A DNA stretch of 64,000 nt, taken from positions 69,068,001-69,132,000 of the forward strand of contig OX597831.1 in NCBI GenBank assembly GCA_951406725.2, in the 5' to 3' direction. This document shows positions 62,634 to 64,000 of the stretch, in pieces; within the stretch, counting starts at the first letter, position 1, and each line of letters opens with the position of its first letter. Both the position numbers and the translations under genes were made by a program. Origin of the DNA: Octopus vulgaris (lineage: Eukaryota). The notes under the pieces were generated by a model. The model was not told where the DNA came from. It did no database searches and was given only the letters and a program-made list of their open reading frames with translations.

Positions 62634-62917
62634 GTAAGTTGCCTGTGAGGCAAAAGAGGCTGCTCCCTTTCTGGTCATCTTTTTATCCCCTTTTCCAGAG
62701 TGCCATCTTGTTGTTAACAATGTGACCCGGGAGATAACTCCAGATGACCCACGGTCAGGCATGGATTTAACTACAGTTGCCTACAGTAACATGCAGCCCC
62801 ATAAAGTATCATAATCCATTATCCTTTGGCTGAATGTGGCAATAACCAAATATACATATGACAAATATTTGATGGAGTGAATACCAGCTCAGAAAAAGGT
62901 TGGTATGAATACTTACA

Positions 62918-63302
62918 TCTCTCTCTATATAAACGGCAGTTTGTCTGTGCGTTTTCTGTGTGTCTGTTTTCTCGTACCCTCACCCTGACCACGGCTTTCA
63001 ACCAATTCTGATGAAACTTGACACACACATAGCCCAATGTCATAATTCAAAACTAACGCAGCGAAAATTTTGAAAAGTTCCCCCAGTTCTGAAAAAAATC
63101 GATAAATTCGACATGGGGTCGAGAATCAGAAACCCAAACCACAGACCGTCTAGGGGACGCAACTCCACCTTTTTTAACTCTCAAAAAAAAATTTACCATC
63201 ATTTTTTTTCCATTTTTTTGCTATTTTTTGGCTATAACTCTCTAAAAATGCTTTATAGTTATTTCCCTTACAAACCTGAGCAACGCCGGGCGATACTGCT
63301 AG
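62918..63302 (+). mobile_element. Non-autonomous Helitron with a different 5' half
   Basis: A|TC start, 3' end shared with 61560-61958, CTAG|T. Confidence 0.85.
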
Positions 63303-63773
63303 TACTTAGATAAATATTTCAAAGTATTGAGATATTTTTATGAAGGACATTGTACATACGAGTGTTAAACAGAAAGAAGTGAAATAAAAGAAATTGATAA
63401 TTTATTTTGTTTGAGAAGTTTCTTTCTGTTTTTGTTTTGTCCCATATTGCATTTAAATACTCTTCAGTCAACCAACATTTATAATCATTAATTTACAAAA
63501 TTAACAAATGGAAAAACACTGCATTTATACATTTAAAATTCATGTAAAATATATTTATATACTAGAAAAGTACTGCAACTTCAAATCCCTTAACTTTAAC
63601 TACATTAAACTAAAATCAGATTAACTCCATTAAATTTAATTTTGGCCTGAGAAAAAATTAATTTCGTAAGATTATGAATCTGTTTAAAACATAAGAATCT
63701 GAAGCCTGTACTTTAAAAAGACAAGCAAAAAAGCAGATAGAAAGTTAGAGGGAAGTTAGAAAACTTACATTAA

Positions 63774-63994
63774 CCCTCTAGCATTCACATTATTTTATCA
63801 AAAAATAATGTTTATTTATTCACATAGTTTTGAATTAATCCAGCATTATTCTGTAGCTTTTAGATTTCAGTGATATGATAATATATTTCTGGAATGACAT
63901 TGTAGAGTAGGTGTGAGAGGCCACTTCTAACCAGTTTGAACATAAAACAGGTAACCTATTTGGGTCAGGTATGGCTGGTTTAAAGGCTAAAAGG
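63774..63994. mobile_element. piggyBac-like MITE, diverged, opposite orientation to 5599-5820
   Basis: TTAA at 63770-63773 and 63995-63998. Termini CCCTCTAGC and GCTAAAAGG. Nearly the same length. Confidence 0.7.
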
Positions 63995-64000
63995 TTAATA

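Overview
This is AT-rich, repeat-saturated eukaryotic (animal) DNA. The SINE families and the microsatellite load look like a coleoid cephalopod (Octopus-like) genome, but that assignment is inference from repeat content only. There is no intact multi-exon host gene, rRNA, true tRNA or CRISPR array. The only host-gene signal is a strong 42-nt candidate microexon (39396-39437, +) and a weaker 126-nt candidate exon (62508-62633), so the window is probably mostly intronic. The rest is transposable-element debris: four SINE families (about 25 copies), LINE fragments (RTE, CR1-group, R4/Dong), decayed mariner, maT-like, hAT-like and Chapaev3-like transposases, Merlin-like and piggyBac-like MITEs, and non-autonomous Helitrons. 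The most interesting layer is a set of Penelope-like elements (PLEs) and short PLE-derived inserts carrying hammerhead ribozyme (HHR) motifs. Two have intact cores (32869-32954, 53337-53418) and six are variant or decayed. Most sit in (TA)n tracts and several form fold-backs. One PLE pseudo-LTR also carries a tRNA-like Pol III promoter upstream of its hammerhead (18069-18835). Coordinates of decayed elements are approximate and were read by eye.
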